A stretch of DNA of 64,000 bases, taken from the IMG/VR virus record IMGVR_UViG_3300018080_005419. One strand, written 5' to 3'. Under the pieces are notes generated by a model. It was not told the DNA's origin, made no database searches, and saw only the letters and a program-made list of their open reading frames with translations. The translations under genes were made by a program, and so were the position numbers. Within the stretch, counting starts at the first letter, position 1, and each line of letters opens with the position of its first letter. Source of the DNA: a virus. Below are positions 1 to 10,544 of the stretch, piece after piece.

Positions 1-855
1 TTCTGTAATTGTTCCACTATCAGAAAGAACACAAGCAGCATGTTTTTGTAAATAGATATAATCAAAAAATCCAAGAGGTTTAATAAAATTAATTCTGGAA
101 TCTGTTATACTAAATCCATTTTCATCTAAACGTTTTTGTGTTCTGGGATGTGTTGAAATAATAATTGGAAAATCGTGATGCTTTGCTAACTTTTCTATTG
201 TCGTTACTAGTTCATTCAATCGCAAAGGAGAATCGACATTTTCTTCTCGATGAATGCTGACAACAAAATAACTATTGTCTTTTAATTTTAATTTTTCTAA
301 TACACCTGATTCTGCTATTTTGTCTTTGTAGTGCTCCAGAACTTCAAACATAGGAGATCCAGTTTTCATTATAAATTGAGATTGGATTCCTTCAGATAAA
401 AGATGTCTTCTCGCATGTTCAGTATAGACAAGATTAATGTCGCTAATATGATCAACAATTCTTCGATTTATCTCTTCCGGAACGCACTCATCAAAACTTC
501 TATTTCCTGCTTCCATATGAAAAATGGGAACTTTACATCTTTTAGCAGAAATAGCAGAAAGGCAACTATTTGTATCCCCTAAAATCAAAAGAGCATCTGG
601 TTTTTCTTTTTTAAGAATTAGATAAGATTTCTCTATAATTTTACCTAAAGTTTCCCCCAAATTCGACCCAACAACTTCTAAAAAATGATCCGGCTTTCTA
701 ATCTTTAAATCTTTGAAGAATATTCCATTTAATTCCCAATCATAATTTTGCCCTGTATGAATTAAAACGTGATTAGCAGTTTGATCAAGTTCTGCTACTA
801 CACGAGATAGCTTTATTAATTCTGGACGAGTACCAACAATAGTGGCAATCTTCAT
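1..855 (-). CDS. wecB: UDP-N-acetylglucosamine 2-epimerase (WecB/FnlC-like), partial, runs off the window edge
   Basis: Manual translation from ATG at 855: MKIATIVGTRPELIKLSRVVAELDQTANHVLIHTGQNYD, later ILGDTNSC and HMEAGNRSFD, all typical of the family. Confidence 0.9.
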   Translation of the reverse strand, partial: MKIATIVGTRPELIKLSRVVAELDQTANHVLIHTGQNYDWELNGIFFKDLKIRKPDHFLEVVGSNLGETLGKIIEKSYLILKKEKPDALLILGDTNSCLSAISAKRCKVPIFHMEAGNRSFDECVPEEINRRIVDHISDINLVYTEHARRHLLSEGIQSQFIMKTGSPMFEVLEHYKDKIAESGVLEKLKLKDNSYFVVSIHREENVDSPLRLNELVTTIEKLAKHHDFPIIISTHPRTQKRLDENGFSITDSRINFIKPLGFFDYIYLQKHAACVLSDSGTITE

Positions 856-869
856 TTTATTTTATACCT

Positions 870-1922
870 TTATCTGAGCAATTCATCTTGATTCGCATCT
901 TCAACCATAAGCCGATATTTTCTTAATAATTCGCAAGTACCAGTTAAATCTAAAGGATTATCCGCCGAACTATACTCTTTTGTTAAAGCTGTATTCTTCT
1001 CATTATTAAACAACTCAGGTAACATAGGGCCAATAACATAATAATCTCCACGCGCAATAGTACGGCTTATTTCTTCTTCGGATACCATAATTTCATGTTG
1101 TTTTTCTCCGGGTCTAGTCCCAATAACTTTTATTTCTATTTGCCTATTATCAATTAATGTTTTTGCTATATTCTGCATTGTAGCTGAAGATATACGCGGA
1201 ATATAAGTTTCTCCAGCCTTCGCAGTTTGTATCGCACTAAATACTGTATCAACAGCCTTATTAAGAGGTAAGAGAAATCTTGTCATTTTTCCGTTTGTAA
1301 TTGTAACAGGACCGCCACTTAAAATTTGATCATGAAATAGAGGAATTACAGATCCTCTAGATGCGAGAACATTACCATATCTAACACATACAAAACGAGT
1401 CTTTTTGCTTAAAATATTGGCAGATATAAACAATCTTTCTTGTATGGCTTTTGACATTCCCATAACATTTACAGGCTTACAGGCTTTATCTGTACTAACA
1501 CCAACAACAACCTCACTATGATAATCACTTTCTTCTATTGCACGAATTAGATTGTAGACTCCCTTACAATTAGTTAAAACTGCTTGATATGGAAAATATT
1601 CACATGTAGGAACTTGTTTAAGAGCCGCCGCATTAACAATAATATCTGCATCTCTAACTGCCGAAACAATATCAGGATAATTGCGAACATCTCCAATTCT
1701 AAACTCTAAAGCATTTTTAAAATTATTAAAAATTGTTTCGTCAGTTGTAATCCTTCTATTTAAATATTCAACCCTCATCTTATGTTGTTTTGCTTCGTCT
1801 CTCGAAAATACAATAACTTTCTTGGGTGTTCCTTGCTCACCTGTTAATACACGTTTAACAAAGGTTTTCCCTAAAGATCCTGTTCCTCCAGTAATCAATA
1901 TTGTTTTATCTTCAAAAATCAT
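870..1922 (-). CDS. UDP-GlcNAc 4,6-dehydratase/epimerase (FnlA/CapE-like, polysaccharide biosynthesis protein 2 family)
   Basis: TGGTGSLG, FSRDEAKQ, AAALKQVPTCE, STDKACKPVNVMG and RYGNVLASRGSVIP motifs. Confidence 0.9.
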   Translation of the reverse strand: MIFEDKTILITGGTGSLGKTFVKRVLTGEQGTPKKVIVFSRDEAKQHKMRVEYLNRRITTDETIFNNFKNALEFRIGDVRNYPDIVSAVRDADIIVNAAALKQVPTCEYFPYQAVLTNCKGVYNLIRAIEESDYHSEVVVGVSTDKACKPVNVMGMSKAIQERLFISANILSKKTRFVCVRYGNVLASRGSVIPLFHDQILSGGPVTITNGKMTRFLLPLNKAVDTVFSAIQTAKAGETYIPRISSATMQNIAKTLIDNRQIEIKVIGTRPGEKQHEIMVSEEEISRTIARGDYYVIGPMLPELFNNEKNTALTKEYSSADNPLDLTGTCELLRKYRLMVEDANQDELLR

Positions 1923-1930
1923 AATTTCCC

Positions 1931-2794
1931 CTAATTTGAAAGTTTATTTGCTAATTCTGAAATCATTTCGTTCCATGATGGGATATTGTAGTTACTTTGC
2001 TTTTTAAATAGGTCACAATTCAAACTTCGATCACAATAAAAATCTTGGTCTGGTACAATTTCAATATTTAGATTCATTGCTTCTTTTATTTGAGAAAGCA
2101 GATCATATTTAGAAATTAGTTTACTTGAGATATGAATTAATCCTTTTAGATTCTCTTCGTTTTGAATAATATGTTTTATAATTCTTGACAATTCATATGT
2201 AGTAAATCCAGAAAAAATAGCATTCTTGAATCCTTTAACTGTTTTTTCTTGTTGACTTAAAAACCATTCCAACAAGCCTTTTTTACGACAAAGTTCTGGC
2301 CCAATAATAGATGTTCTAATTGTAAGATTCGGCTCTCCTATTTCTCCAATATATTTAGACTTGCCATAGATATCTTTAGCATCTGATATATCTGATTCTA
2401 AATAGTTACCTTTTTTTCCTGAAAAAACACAATCTGTACTTAAATGAATCAATCTAAATTTGTACTTTTGAGATAATAAAGACAACTGATGAGGAAAAAG
2501 ACCATTTACTTTAATATTTATAATTGGATCAGATCCTTCTTCTCTTTGCTTAATAATCCCAACACAATTAACTACAACATTTGGGCAAAAATTTTTAAAT
2601 ATTTGCTCAAGTTTATTATCATTTATATCAACATTGTCAAATGCATTGTAAAATTTAAAAATACCATTATATTTTGGGTCTGACAAACCTTTATGGAGAG
2701 TTGCCTTTACATTAATATTATGATCTTCTTCTAAACATAAAAATAATTGATGTCCTAACATTCCTCCGCCGCCAACAACTAAAACTTTGTCCAT
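1931..2794 (-). CDS. RmlD-like NDP-4-keto-6-deoxy-sugar reductase
   Basis: GGGGMLG, HLSTDCVFSG and YGKSK motifs; sits between wecB/fnlA-type genes. Confidence 0.85.
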   Translation of the reverse strand: MDKVLVVGGGGMLGHQLFLCLEEDHNINVKATLHKGLSDPKYNGIFKFYNAFDNVDINDNKLEQIFKNFCPNVVVNCVGIIKQREEGSDPIINIKVNGLFPHQLSLLSQKYKFRLIHLSTDCVFSGKKGNYLESDISDAKDIYGKSKYIGEIGEPNLTIRTSIIGPELCRKKGLLEWFLSQQEKTVKGFKNAIFSGFTTYELSRIIKHIIQNEENLKGLIHISSKLISKYDLLSQIKEAMNLNIEIVPDQDFYCDRSLNCDLFKKQSNYNIPSWNEMISELANKLSN

Positions 2795-3044
2795 TTTATT
2801 TTCCTTATCTACAATTAAACAAACAAATTCTGATTTTATTGTATCCGTTTAAAATTAGTTCTAATTGTCAAAATGCAGAAATTTAAGATCTTTCTTTTAA
2901 TCTTAATATTGCGACTTGTAAGCCAATTAAGTCGTTTTATATTAATCACTTATAAAAAAAATAGAAAAACTTCATAAAAGTTTAAAATTTTTCAGTATGA
3001 TTTTGTCTATAAGATCAGAAAATATTGCTAAAAAGGAGAAGATA

Positions 3045-3806
3045 ATGAAAAGAAACGCATTTACACTTGTCGAATTATTAGTTGCACTTTCGATTATTAC
3101 CCTTATGATGGCTTTTTTGCTACCTGCACTACATTCAGTAATTGAAGAAGCATACCAGATCCAATGCATTAATAATCAAAAACAACTAGCATTGGGAGTT
3201 TTATCTTTTGCTGATGATATGCGAGGTCAAATCCCAGGCAATACAGCAGATAGTACTCAAAATGAACCAATGAAACGAGATTGGCTACGTGGGGCATATT
3301 ATTACGGAAGCGATCCTACATCTGAGGGAATGCTAGCTGCTCCACATGAAGGAACTATCTTTCCATATATAGAAAACGGAGAAGTATATCTCTGTCCAAA
3401 AGTTCAAAAAGGTGCTATTTTTGAAAAGGATTGTGGAAATGGCATGTTTGATTACAGTATGTTCCTTGCCTTTTCAGGAGCATATATTCGAAATATGCCC
3501 AAAGAAATGAGATATAATTTGGGCGGTGCTTATATTGAGAACTTACATGTTCCTTTATTTATAGAAGAAAACGTCAATAACAAATTAAACCAATCTGTAG
3601 AAGGCGGCTTTGCATGGCAAGATTCTATTTCGCCTCGTCATAGAGAAAACTCCACTATAAGCAAAATTGATGGGTCTGCTAGAATACAAAAAATGAATCT
3701 TATCAAAAACATGAAGGTTCAAAATATTCAAATGCATACTCTTGACGGTCGCTGGTTAACTGTTAATCAAAGAGGAGTCAAATTTGGAGATTGGAATAGT
3801 AGATAG
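3045..3806 (+). CDS. Prepilin-type N-terminal cleavage/methylation protein with C-terminal H-X9-DG motif (PVC-type pseudopilin)
   Basis: Start reassigned to ATG 3045 after AAGGAG. MKRNAFTLVELLVALSII is a type IV pilin N-terminus, followed by CINNQKQLALG; the C-terminal HRENSTISKIDG fits H-X9-DG. Confidence 0.85.
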   Translation: MKRNAFTLVELLVALSIITLMMAFLLPALHSVIEEAYQIQCINNQKQLALGVLSFADDMRGQIPGNTADSTQNEPMKRDWLRGAYYYGSDPTSEGMLAAPHEGTIFPYIENGEVYLCPKVQKGAIFEKDCGNGMFDYSMFLAFSGAYIRNMPKEMRYNLGGAYIENLHVPLFIEENVNNKLNQSVEGGFAWQDSISPRHRENSTISKIDGSARIQKMNLIKNMKVQNIQMHTLDGRWLTVNQRGVKFGDWNSR

Positions 3807-3856
3807 ATTATAAATGCATTTAATCGTCAATAATTTTTAAAGGGCGTTGATCATTT

Positions 3857-4630
3857 CTATAATGTCCCTACTCTTCTATAATTAAATATCTCATGCGTAA
3901 TGTCCACATACTCTGGGTCATATTTATAACATACGTCGGAATTGTTTTTTGCATGACCGACTTTACTACAATGTCGAAGTTCTCGTTTTTTTAATTCATG
4001 ATGTGTTGAATAAGTCATTTTTTTACCAAAGGACGGTTTTAACCAATTCCACAAATTTACTTTTGATTGTTCATCTATATTTACGCTTACATTTTGCGGA
4101 TAGGGGGCACTTACTGTACCTTTACATGGCAAATCATGTACATGTATTGTGTTTCTTCGGAATGGTAATGCTAATGTGTTGAAAAACAAAGAACAATCAT
4201 GAAACCCACCAAAACGGTCAAACATGGGAAAAAAATAATCTAACAAACTATGATGTATTATTTTCAGATGATTATTAGTTTGTGTGTTATTAGAAATTAG
4301 CCCAGGAATTCTTTTTTCTGTATTCGTATTAAGTAGCGTCATTATAGCAGGATAGTATTCTTCTAAAAGTTTATCAATCTTCTCCTCAACTTCCTCTTGC
4401 TTTATATCGAATACGACATCATAGTCCATGAAAACATAATAATCAAACTCTTTCTGAATATGTTCTGACAAGTAATTACGATTATATGCCCAACTCGCTC
4501 CTTTATTAAAACTCATTGCATTTTTATCTTCACTTAAATATGTAACATACTGCACTTCACTTTTTTTGAAAATATTGTGGATATAATCAATCCGTTCATT
4601 TGGTGATATATATAAAACACATTTTTTCAT
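3857..4630 (-). CDS. Hypothetical protein, possible GT-A glycosyltransferase
   Basis: SWAYNRN...YYVFMDYDV resembles a GT-A DXD region; lies in the glycan cluster. Confidence 0.45.
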   Translation of the reverse strand: MKKCVLYISPNERIDYIHNIFKKSEVQYVTYLSEDKNAMSFNKGASWAYNRNYLSEHIQKEFDYYVFMDYDVVFDIKQEEVEEKIDKLLEEYYPAIMTLLNTNTEKRIPGLISNNTQTNNHLKIIHHSLLDYFFPMFDRFGGFHDCSLFFNTLALPFRRNTIHVHDLPCKGTVSAPYPQNVSVNIDEQSKVNLWNWLKPSFGKKMTYSTHHELKKRELRHCSKVGHAKNNSDVCYKYDPEYVDITHEIFNYRRVGTL

Positions 4631-5724
4631 ACGATTTCTTTCCTGCTTTTATCTAATGCTGATTTTACTACATGGTGCATATCATAATATTTATAGTCCG
4701 CTAGTCTTCCTCCAAAAATATATTTATTATTCGCTCTAGCTTCTTCCTTATATTTATTAAAAATAATAATATTTTGTTGATCTTCTAGTGGATAGTATGG
4801 GCACTTATTTCTATCCCACAATACAGGATATTCATAAGTTACTATAGTTTCCCCTTTCAAATCATTCTTTTCAAAATGTTTGTGCTCCACTGACTTCGTA
4901 TATTTGACATTATGCTGAGGATGAGACATAACCGCACACCCTTGATAATCATCAATGTTCATAATTTCAAATTTTATATCAATCGTCTTATACTCTAATT
5001 CGCCATATTTGTAATTAAAGAACTCATCAATTGGACCAGTATATACAATTTTACTGGACATAGTTTCCCACATACCCCTATCTTTCAAAAAATCTGTTTC
5101 TAAACGCACATCAATACCTTTGAGAATTTCTTCAAACATCTTTGTGTATCCACCTATCGGTATACCTTGATAAATATGATCATAATAATTCTCATTAAAG
5201 TTTGTTCTTATAGGAAGACGCTTGTATATAGAACTGGGCAATTCTCTCAAAGGTTTATTCCAATGTTTTTCTGTATAACCTCTATAAAATAATTCAGTAA
5301 TTTCCTTCCCCACATGCGAAAGCAACCAATCTTCTGCATTATCACATTCATCGTTCGGTTTACATACCTCTTTGAGTTTAGCTTTTGCTTTCTCTGGGGT
5401 ATTTACTCCCCATATTTTATTTAAAGTATTAAGGTTTATAGGAAGAGAATATATTTCCCCACTACAATTTGCCTTTACGCAATTTACAAAACTATTAAAT
5501 TCTATAAATTTATTGACATAATCCCATACTTTTAAATCACTAGTATGGAAAACGTGTGAGCCATACATATGAACATTCACACCTTTTATGTTCTTAGTGT
5601 AGCAATTGCCAGCGATATGGTTTCGCTTTTCTATCACAAGACACTTAAAACCACTATCCGTTAATTGTCTTGCAAATATAGAGCCAAACAATCCAGCACC
5701 AACAATAACATAATCATATTTCAT
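4627..5724 (-). CDS. glf: UDP-galactopyranose mutase
   Basis: VIVGAGLFG, IEKRNHIAGNCY, YGSHVFHT, YTGPID and GGRLADYKYYDMH motifs. Confidence 0.95.
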   Translation of the reverse strand: MKYDYVIVGAGLFGSIFARQLTDSGFKCLVIEKRNHIAGNCYTKNIKGVNVHMYGSHVFHTSDLKVWDYVNKFIEFNSFVNCVKANCSGEIYSLPINLNTLNKIWGVNTPEKAKAKLKEVCKPNDECDNAEDWLLSHVGKEITELFYRGYTEKHWNKPLRELPSSIYKRLPIRTNFNENYYDHIYQGIPIGGYTKMFEEILKGIDVRLETDFLKDRGMWETMSSKIVYTGPIDEFFNYKYGELEYKTIDIKFEIMNIDDYQGCAVMSHPQHNVKYTKSVEHKHFEKNDLKGETIVTYEYPVLWDRNKCPYYPLEDQQNIIIFNKYKEEARANNKYIFGGRLADYKYYDMHHVVKSALDKSRKEIV

Positions 5725-6610
5725 TATATTTACCATTATTTACATAATCCTCTAATGCATCCTCCCAATGTCGCATTATATTTTGCCCCAACATGTCTAA
5801 CTTTAAGTTTATCAATTGCTCAGATTTGGGTCTAGGTGAAAAATACTCCTTGATAAAATAATCAGAATCAACCTTGGTTAATTTGATATCAAGTCCTAAT
5901 AGTTCTATTAATTTTTTTGCTGTTTCGTATCTAGATGCTTTGCCTTTATTAACAGAATTATAAACACCATATGGTAACTTATTTTCTATTATATTATAAA
6001 TACTCCTAGCAAAATCCTTTGTGTATGTAGGTGTTCCTAATTTATCAACAACAACAAATATTTCCTTCTTCCCGGAATTTATTTGTTTTGTAATCTTGCT
6101 GATGAACTTCTTGTCTTTCTTTCCGCCACCAAACATCCACCCTGCTCGTATCACATAACACCGAGTCACTCTATTTACAATCGTATTTTCAGAATGTTGT
6201 TTACTATTTCCATATACACTTAACGGAAATGCCTGTTCGTATTCGGTAAAAACTTCTCTTTTGCCATCGAATATACCAGCAGTCGAAATAAACACATAAA
6301 TACACCCAAGCTCATTACATATATCACCCAAATATTCGGCAGAATTCGTATTTGTACTATAGGCTTCTTTTATGTGGTTCTCACAATATTCAAGGTCAGT
6401 CAAAGCAGCTAGATTTATCACAATAGTTGGGTTGAACGTGTTAATAGTTTTGTACAGAAAACTCAAATCATTTATATCACCATATTCAATCCATTCTTCA
6501 TTATCATCAATATCATAGCACAAAAGTTCGTTGTCTTTCTTGAATTCTTCATACACATACGAACCAAGCATCCCACCACATCCTATTATAAATATTCTTT
6601 CATTTTTCAT
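5714..6610 (-). CDS. RmlD-like (dTDP-4-dehydrorhamnose reductase family) protein
   Basis: GCGGMLG, NLAALTD, FISTAGIFDG, YGNSK and GTPTY motifs. Confidence 0.85.
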   Translation of the reverse strand: MKNERIFIIGCGGMLGSYVYEEFKKDNELLCYDIDDNEEWIEYGDINDLSFLYKTINTFNPTIVINLAALTDLEYCENHIKEAYSTNTNSAEYLGDICNELGCIYVFISTAGIFDGKREVFTEYEQAFPLSVYGNSKQHSENTIVNRVTRCYVIRAGWMFGGGKKDKKFISKITKQINSGKKEIFVVVDKLGTPTYTKDFARSIYNIIENKLPYGVYNSVNKGKASRYETAKKLIELLGLDIKLTKVDSDYFIKEYFSPRPKSEQLINLKLDMLGQNIMRHWEDALEDYVNNGKYNEI

Positions 6611-6611
6611 T

Positions 6612-7088
6612 CTAAGTTCCTTTGTCATTTTTTAAAATTATATTAACCATCTCCCTAAATGCACCATCTCCTCCGCATACCTGTAGTACTTCGCACACAG
6701 CCTTTACCTCTTCTACCGCATCTATTGGACAAAAGGAGTTCCCCGCCAGCGTTAAGATTTCTAAGTCTGGCAAATCATCACCTAAATAAACCACTTCAGA
6801 CCATTTAATATCATTATCTCGGATAATCTTCTTAACTACGTCGAGTTTTCCATTCGGATCAATCCCTTGAATAATGTAATCTAAATTTAACTTTTTATAT
6901 TTACTATTTAATATTTCCTTTGCTGAATCACAACTAATAATTCCAGTCTTTATTCCGCGTTTTTGCAAATCTATAAATCCAACACCATCTTTCATGTTAA
7001 ATGTTTTTGAACATACGCCATTGCTATCTATAGTCACTCTTCCATTAGTAAGACAACCATCACAATCTGTAAGAACTAACTTTATCAT
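6612..7088 (-). CDS. KdsC-like HAD phosphatase (ulosonate-phosphate phosphatase family)
   Basis: DCDGCLT HAD motif I, FNMKDG, YLGDDLPD and GGDGAFRE. Confidence 0.85.
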   Translation of the reverse strand: MIKLVLTDCDGCLTNGRVTIDSNGVCSKTFNMKDGVGFIDLQKRGIKTGIISCDSAKEILNSKYKKLNLDYIIQGIDPNGKLDVVKKIIRDNDIKWSEVVYLGDDLPDLEILTLAGNSFCPIDAVEEVKAVCEVLQVCGGDGAFREMVNIILKNDKGT

Positions 7089-7768
7089 AATTTTCTCAAA
7101 TCAACGAAACTTCCGGAATCATAATTATCAATGTCATCTATAAATGTTATTATTTTTTTTGCTATTTCTTCAGGAGACTCTATCATGTTTTCGTCCTTCT
7201 TCTTTTTAAAATCAACAACACTTGGAACAATATTCTCATCAGTGTTATAAACTTCTTTTTGCATATCTGTATCTATTAGACCAGGAGATATAGATATAAA
7301 ATGCGTGTCTTTATTTTCACAAGCATAAATTTGAATCAACATCTTCAAACTTGCTTTTGATAAAGCATAATTTCCCCACCCATATCGACATTTGTTTGCG
7401 GCTCCAGAAGATATGCAAACAACATTTTTTATTTTTACTCTTTTTAGTAATTCGTCTAATATTATTTTTTGAGAAAAAAGATTAATATCTAATATATTTT
7501 TTAAACTATCAACCTTAACATTCTTTTGTGGATTTAATCCTCCTAAGATCCCAGCATTTAAATATAATATGTCTATATCTTTATCGAAATTAAATAAACA
7601 TTCTTCTAATTTTTTATGATCTTGCATATCAACTTTAAAGTGAACATCTATTTTGTTTGTCGGCTCTGTACGACTAAGACCAAAGATTGTATCATTGTTC
7701 TTAACATAATAATTTGCCACAGCCTTTCCTAAACCTCTACTGCAACCAGTAATAAATATATTCATCAC
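7085..7768 (-). CDS. SDR family oxidoreductase
   Basis: TGCSRGLG, NAG, ISSGAA, YALSK and PGLIDTDMQ motifs. Confidence 0.85.
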   Translation of the reverse strand: MMNIFITGCSRGLGKAVANYYVKNNDTIFGLSRTEPTNKIDVHFKVDMQDHKKLEECLFNFDKDIDILYLNAGILGGLNPQKNVKVDSLKNILDINLFSQKIILDELLKRVKIKNVVCISSGAANKCRYGWGNYALSKASLKMLIQIYACENKDTHFISISPGLIDTDMQKEVYNTDENIVPSVVDFKKKKDENMIESPEEIAKKIITFIDDIDNYDSGSFVDLRKL

Positions 7769-8721
7769 TTTCTCCTTTCAAAATCGTTTAATAATTCTTT
7801 AGTATAAACATCTTTAAAAAAGACATCTAAACTCCTACAAAAATCAATAAATTCTTCTAATGGTAAATTCATTTTTTGTGCTTGGCTAGCATATGCTTCG
7901 CATATTCCAAAGACACCAGTAGTATAAAAATAAGGCGAAAAATCCTTCTTTAAAATAGCATAATATTTGTTTATAAATTTAACTAGTTCTAAGCGGTTAT
8001 TGTCATCATTAAGTACATGCTCAAGTTTTAAATTTCCGGCTCCTTTACCTATTCCGTGAATTGTTACATCAGTTATGTCAACACCTTTTCCTTGTAATTC
8101 TAAGAAATTAGAATACTCCTTTCCTGTATGATTATGGAAATGGAATCCTATCTTTTTATTCGTAGATTTCAATTCATCAACTACATCTTTAAACAAAATA
8201 TCGAAACATTCTCTTAAATTTAAATTTCCATGAGTATCTGCGAAATAAACATAATCAAGATCACTCTTTCCAACTAAATAACATTTTTCTTTAATCTCTT
8301 TAGTATTATAATTAGATATATTAAAAAGATTTATTGATACTTTGAGACCAGTGGTTTCTTTTAATTTTTCCCCAAAATTTAAAGCTTTTTCTACATCTTG
8401 TTTTCTGGAACACATTCTTATTATTCTAATTATATCTTGATCTTTAGTGGGATATTCTTTTAGATCTTTTGTGCAATAATGATAATCTATCATAATAGAT
8501 ACGTTTCGGTCTTTTCGACCATCCACAACTTCTTTAACTGTATCCATATTTAGATTAAAAAAGGGAGTAGTATATTTGTTTGTTTGTTTCCAATATCCTA
8601 ATTCAATAATATCAATTCCTATTTTTTGCATTAATGCGTAATATTCTTTTGCCATATTTATAGGCCAGTCAAAAGAAACAGAATGACCCCCATCTCTTAG
8701 TGTACAATCAAGAATTTTCAT
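7765..8721 (-). CDS. DRE-TIM (HMGL-like) aldolase, 4-hydroxy-2-oxovalerate aldolase-like
   Basis: LDCTLRDGG, YFADTHG, GFHFHNH and GIGKGAGN motifs. Confidence 0.8.
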   Translation of the reverse strand: MKILDCTLRDGGHSVSFDWPINMAKEYYALMQKIGIDIIELGYWKQTNKYTTPFFNLNMDTVKEVVDGRKDRNVSIMIDYHYCTKDLKEYPTKDQDIIRIIRMCSRKQDVEKALNFGEKLKETTGLKVSINLFNISNYNTKEIKEKCYLVGKSDLDYVYFADTHGNLNLRECFDILFKDVVDELKSTNKKIGFHFHNHTGKEYSNFLELQGKGVDITDVTIHGIGKGAGNLKLEHVLNDDNNRLELVKFINKYYAILKKDFSPYFYTTGVFGICEAYASQAQKMNLPLEEFIDFCRSLDVFFKDVYTKELLNDFERRK

Positions 8722-9374
8722 TTTTGTCCTTTTACTTTGTTTAATAAAAACAGTTTTGCCAGCGCGTAGTCCTGTTCATAATCTATTTCCAAACTCTCAG
8801 GAAAGGATAATTTAAAAAAGAATGGATTGACACCTATTCTATTTTTTTGCTCCATAAATGTTTTTTTTGTAAATATAAAAAAAGCGCCATTCTGAAATAT
8901 AATAGGATCTAAATCTTGAGTTCTTTTTACCATATTATAACCAAAATTTATAGGTTTAATCTCTTTATCCGACTTTAAATAAGCAAATTCTTTATGTATG
9001 GTGCAAGATAATACAGAATCATATTCTCCAATTAATCTAGAAGCTTCTAAGATGGTTTCTAGTTTTAAAAACGGAGATGTTACATGAGGAGTAACTATAA
9101 TCTCATTCTCATCTTGCACATGCTCGTTCAAAAAATCTTCTATCATACTTAAAACCGGACTACTAGGTCTTTCTTTTTCCCATAAAATATGCTTTTCTTT
9201 TCGCTCTATAATTATAAATTTACCTTCAACTCTTTTGCTATCAGTATTAACGTATGTTTTATTATCAGGCAATCTATCAAGCAAATGTTTATATAAGAAT
9301 TTTTCTCCAAGCATACGAAAATTTTTATCAGGGACTCTTTCCGATTGATCTTTAATTATTACGAAAAACTTCAT
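8718..9374 (-). CDS. CMP-ulosonic acid synthetase (NeuA-like cytidylyltransferase)
   Basis: SERVPDKNFR, HVTSPF, RTQDL, QNGAFFIF and EIDYEQD motifs. Confidence 0.85.
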   Translation of the reverse strand: MKFFVIIKDQSERVPDKNFRMLGEKFLYKHLLDRLPDNKTYVNTDSKRVEGKFIIIERKEKHILWEKERPSSPVLSMIEDFLNEHVQDENEIIVTPHVTSPFLKLETILEASRLIGEYDSVLSCTIHKEFAYLKSDKEIKPINFGYNMVKRTQDLDPIIFQNGAFFIFTKKTFMEQKNRIGVNPFFFKLSFPESLEIDYEQDYALAKLFLLNKVKGQK

Positions 9375-9409
9375 TTCAATTCCTTTTCTCTTTTAACAAT
9401 TGGTAAAAA

Positions 9410-9838
9410 TTACTTATATGTCATGATGATTTTTCTATCTCTTATCGGATCTAATTCTATAAAAAATATCGATTGCCATTTTCCTAACATTAATTTTCCA
9501 TCTTGTACAGGAATAGTTTCAGATGTATTAAAAAACAAAGATCTCATATGAGCATAAGCATTGATTCTTTCATCTATAGGAGCTTCTGGTCTTAAAGAAA
9601 CTAAATCATGTGCATACCTTCTATTATTGGGTTTATGCTTTGGAAAAGTTTTATCTAAAAACCATCTAATGTCTACATGATGAAGAATTTCGTTTTCCAA
9701 AACTCTTAACGAACATGTAGTGTGCGCTGTAAAAATATTTACTAGCCCATCTCCCTTCTGATCAACAACAAAATCTTCAACTTTTTTTGTAATATTGGTG
9801 AAGAGTTTGTCTGTGCTTATTTCGATTATCTTTCTCAT
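9410..9838 (-). CDS. YjbQ/UPF0047 family protein
   Basis: HTTCSL...EN, NAYAHMRS and LGKWQSIFFIELD motifs. Confidence 0.8.
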   Translation of the reverse strand: MRKIIEISTDKLFTNITKKVEDFVVDQKGDGLVNIFTAHTTCSLRVLENEILHHVDIRWFLDKTFPKHKPNNRRYAHDLVSLRPEAPIDERINAYAHMRSLFFNTSETIPVQDGKLMLGKWQSIFFIELDPIRDRKIIMTYK

Positions 9839-9839
9839 A

Positions 9840-10526
9840 TTATTCCTCTTTATATAAATTCGCTTTTTTCAAATCAATAAATTCAAATAAGCCTTTTAAT
9901 ATTTGAGATTTATCATTGCAGTTAAAGACTTTAATTTTATTTTGATTTGACCATTCACTTAAATGTTTCCATGTTTTTAAATTTATATTTATGGTGGCGA
10001 TCCTCAATGGATTAAAATTTTCTGATTCTCCTTGATATCCATCCCATGCATATTGTCTTTTGGAATCTTTAATTATTCCCTTTGTAAATTCTTTTGGAGA
10101 CTTTCCATTATAATGCCCGTCAAATCCTATTAAATATATTTCTTCATAACTTTTATTTATAGCTATTTGAACACAATTAGCTGCTGTGTGACCTACATTT
10201 CGAAATGGTTTTTCTTTAGTGTAGTGCTCTAAAGTCATCTTTCTCCAAACACTAGAATCTACATAGGTTACTTTTGGGATATCTTTTAGTTCTTTGTTTA
10301 ATGTAAAATATTCTTCACAATCTCCACTCAAAAAAAAATCTTTATGTCCCTTATGATTATATTTAGTCATTTTATCATCAAAACAACCCCAATAAGTAGG
10401 ATACCACCCTAAATCTTTATAAAATTTATAAGCATTGTTCATACCAAAAGAATCTATCTTTAATCGTTTAAAATCTACCTCTTTTAAAGATGGACCATTT
10501 CCCATTATTAGAATTCTTTTAGTCAT
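9840..10526 (-). CDS. Cst/GT42-like or DUF115-type ulosonate transferase-like protein
   Basis: N-terminus ILIMGNGPSLKEVD resembles the Campylobacter Cst N-terminus; also YLIGFD. Confidence 0.55.
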   Translation of the reverse strand: MTKRILIMGNGPSLKEVDFKRLKIDSFGMNNAYKFYKDLGWYPTYWGCFDDKMTKYNHKGHKDFFLSGDCEEYFTLNKELKDIPKVTYVDSSVWRKMTLEHYTKEKPFRNVGHTAANCVQIAINKSYEEIYLIGFDGHYNGKSPKEFTKGIIKDSKRQYAWDGYQGESENFNPLRIATININLKTWKHLSEWSNQNKIKVFNCNDKSQILKGLFEFIDLKKANLYKEE

Positions 10527-10544
10527 TTATTTCTCCTATTTTAA

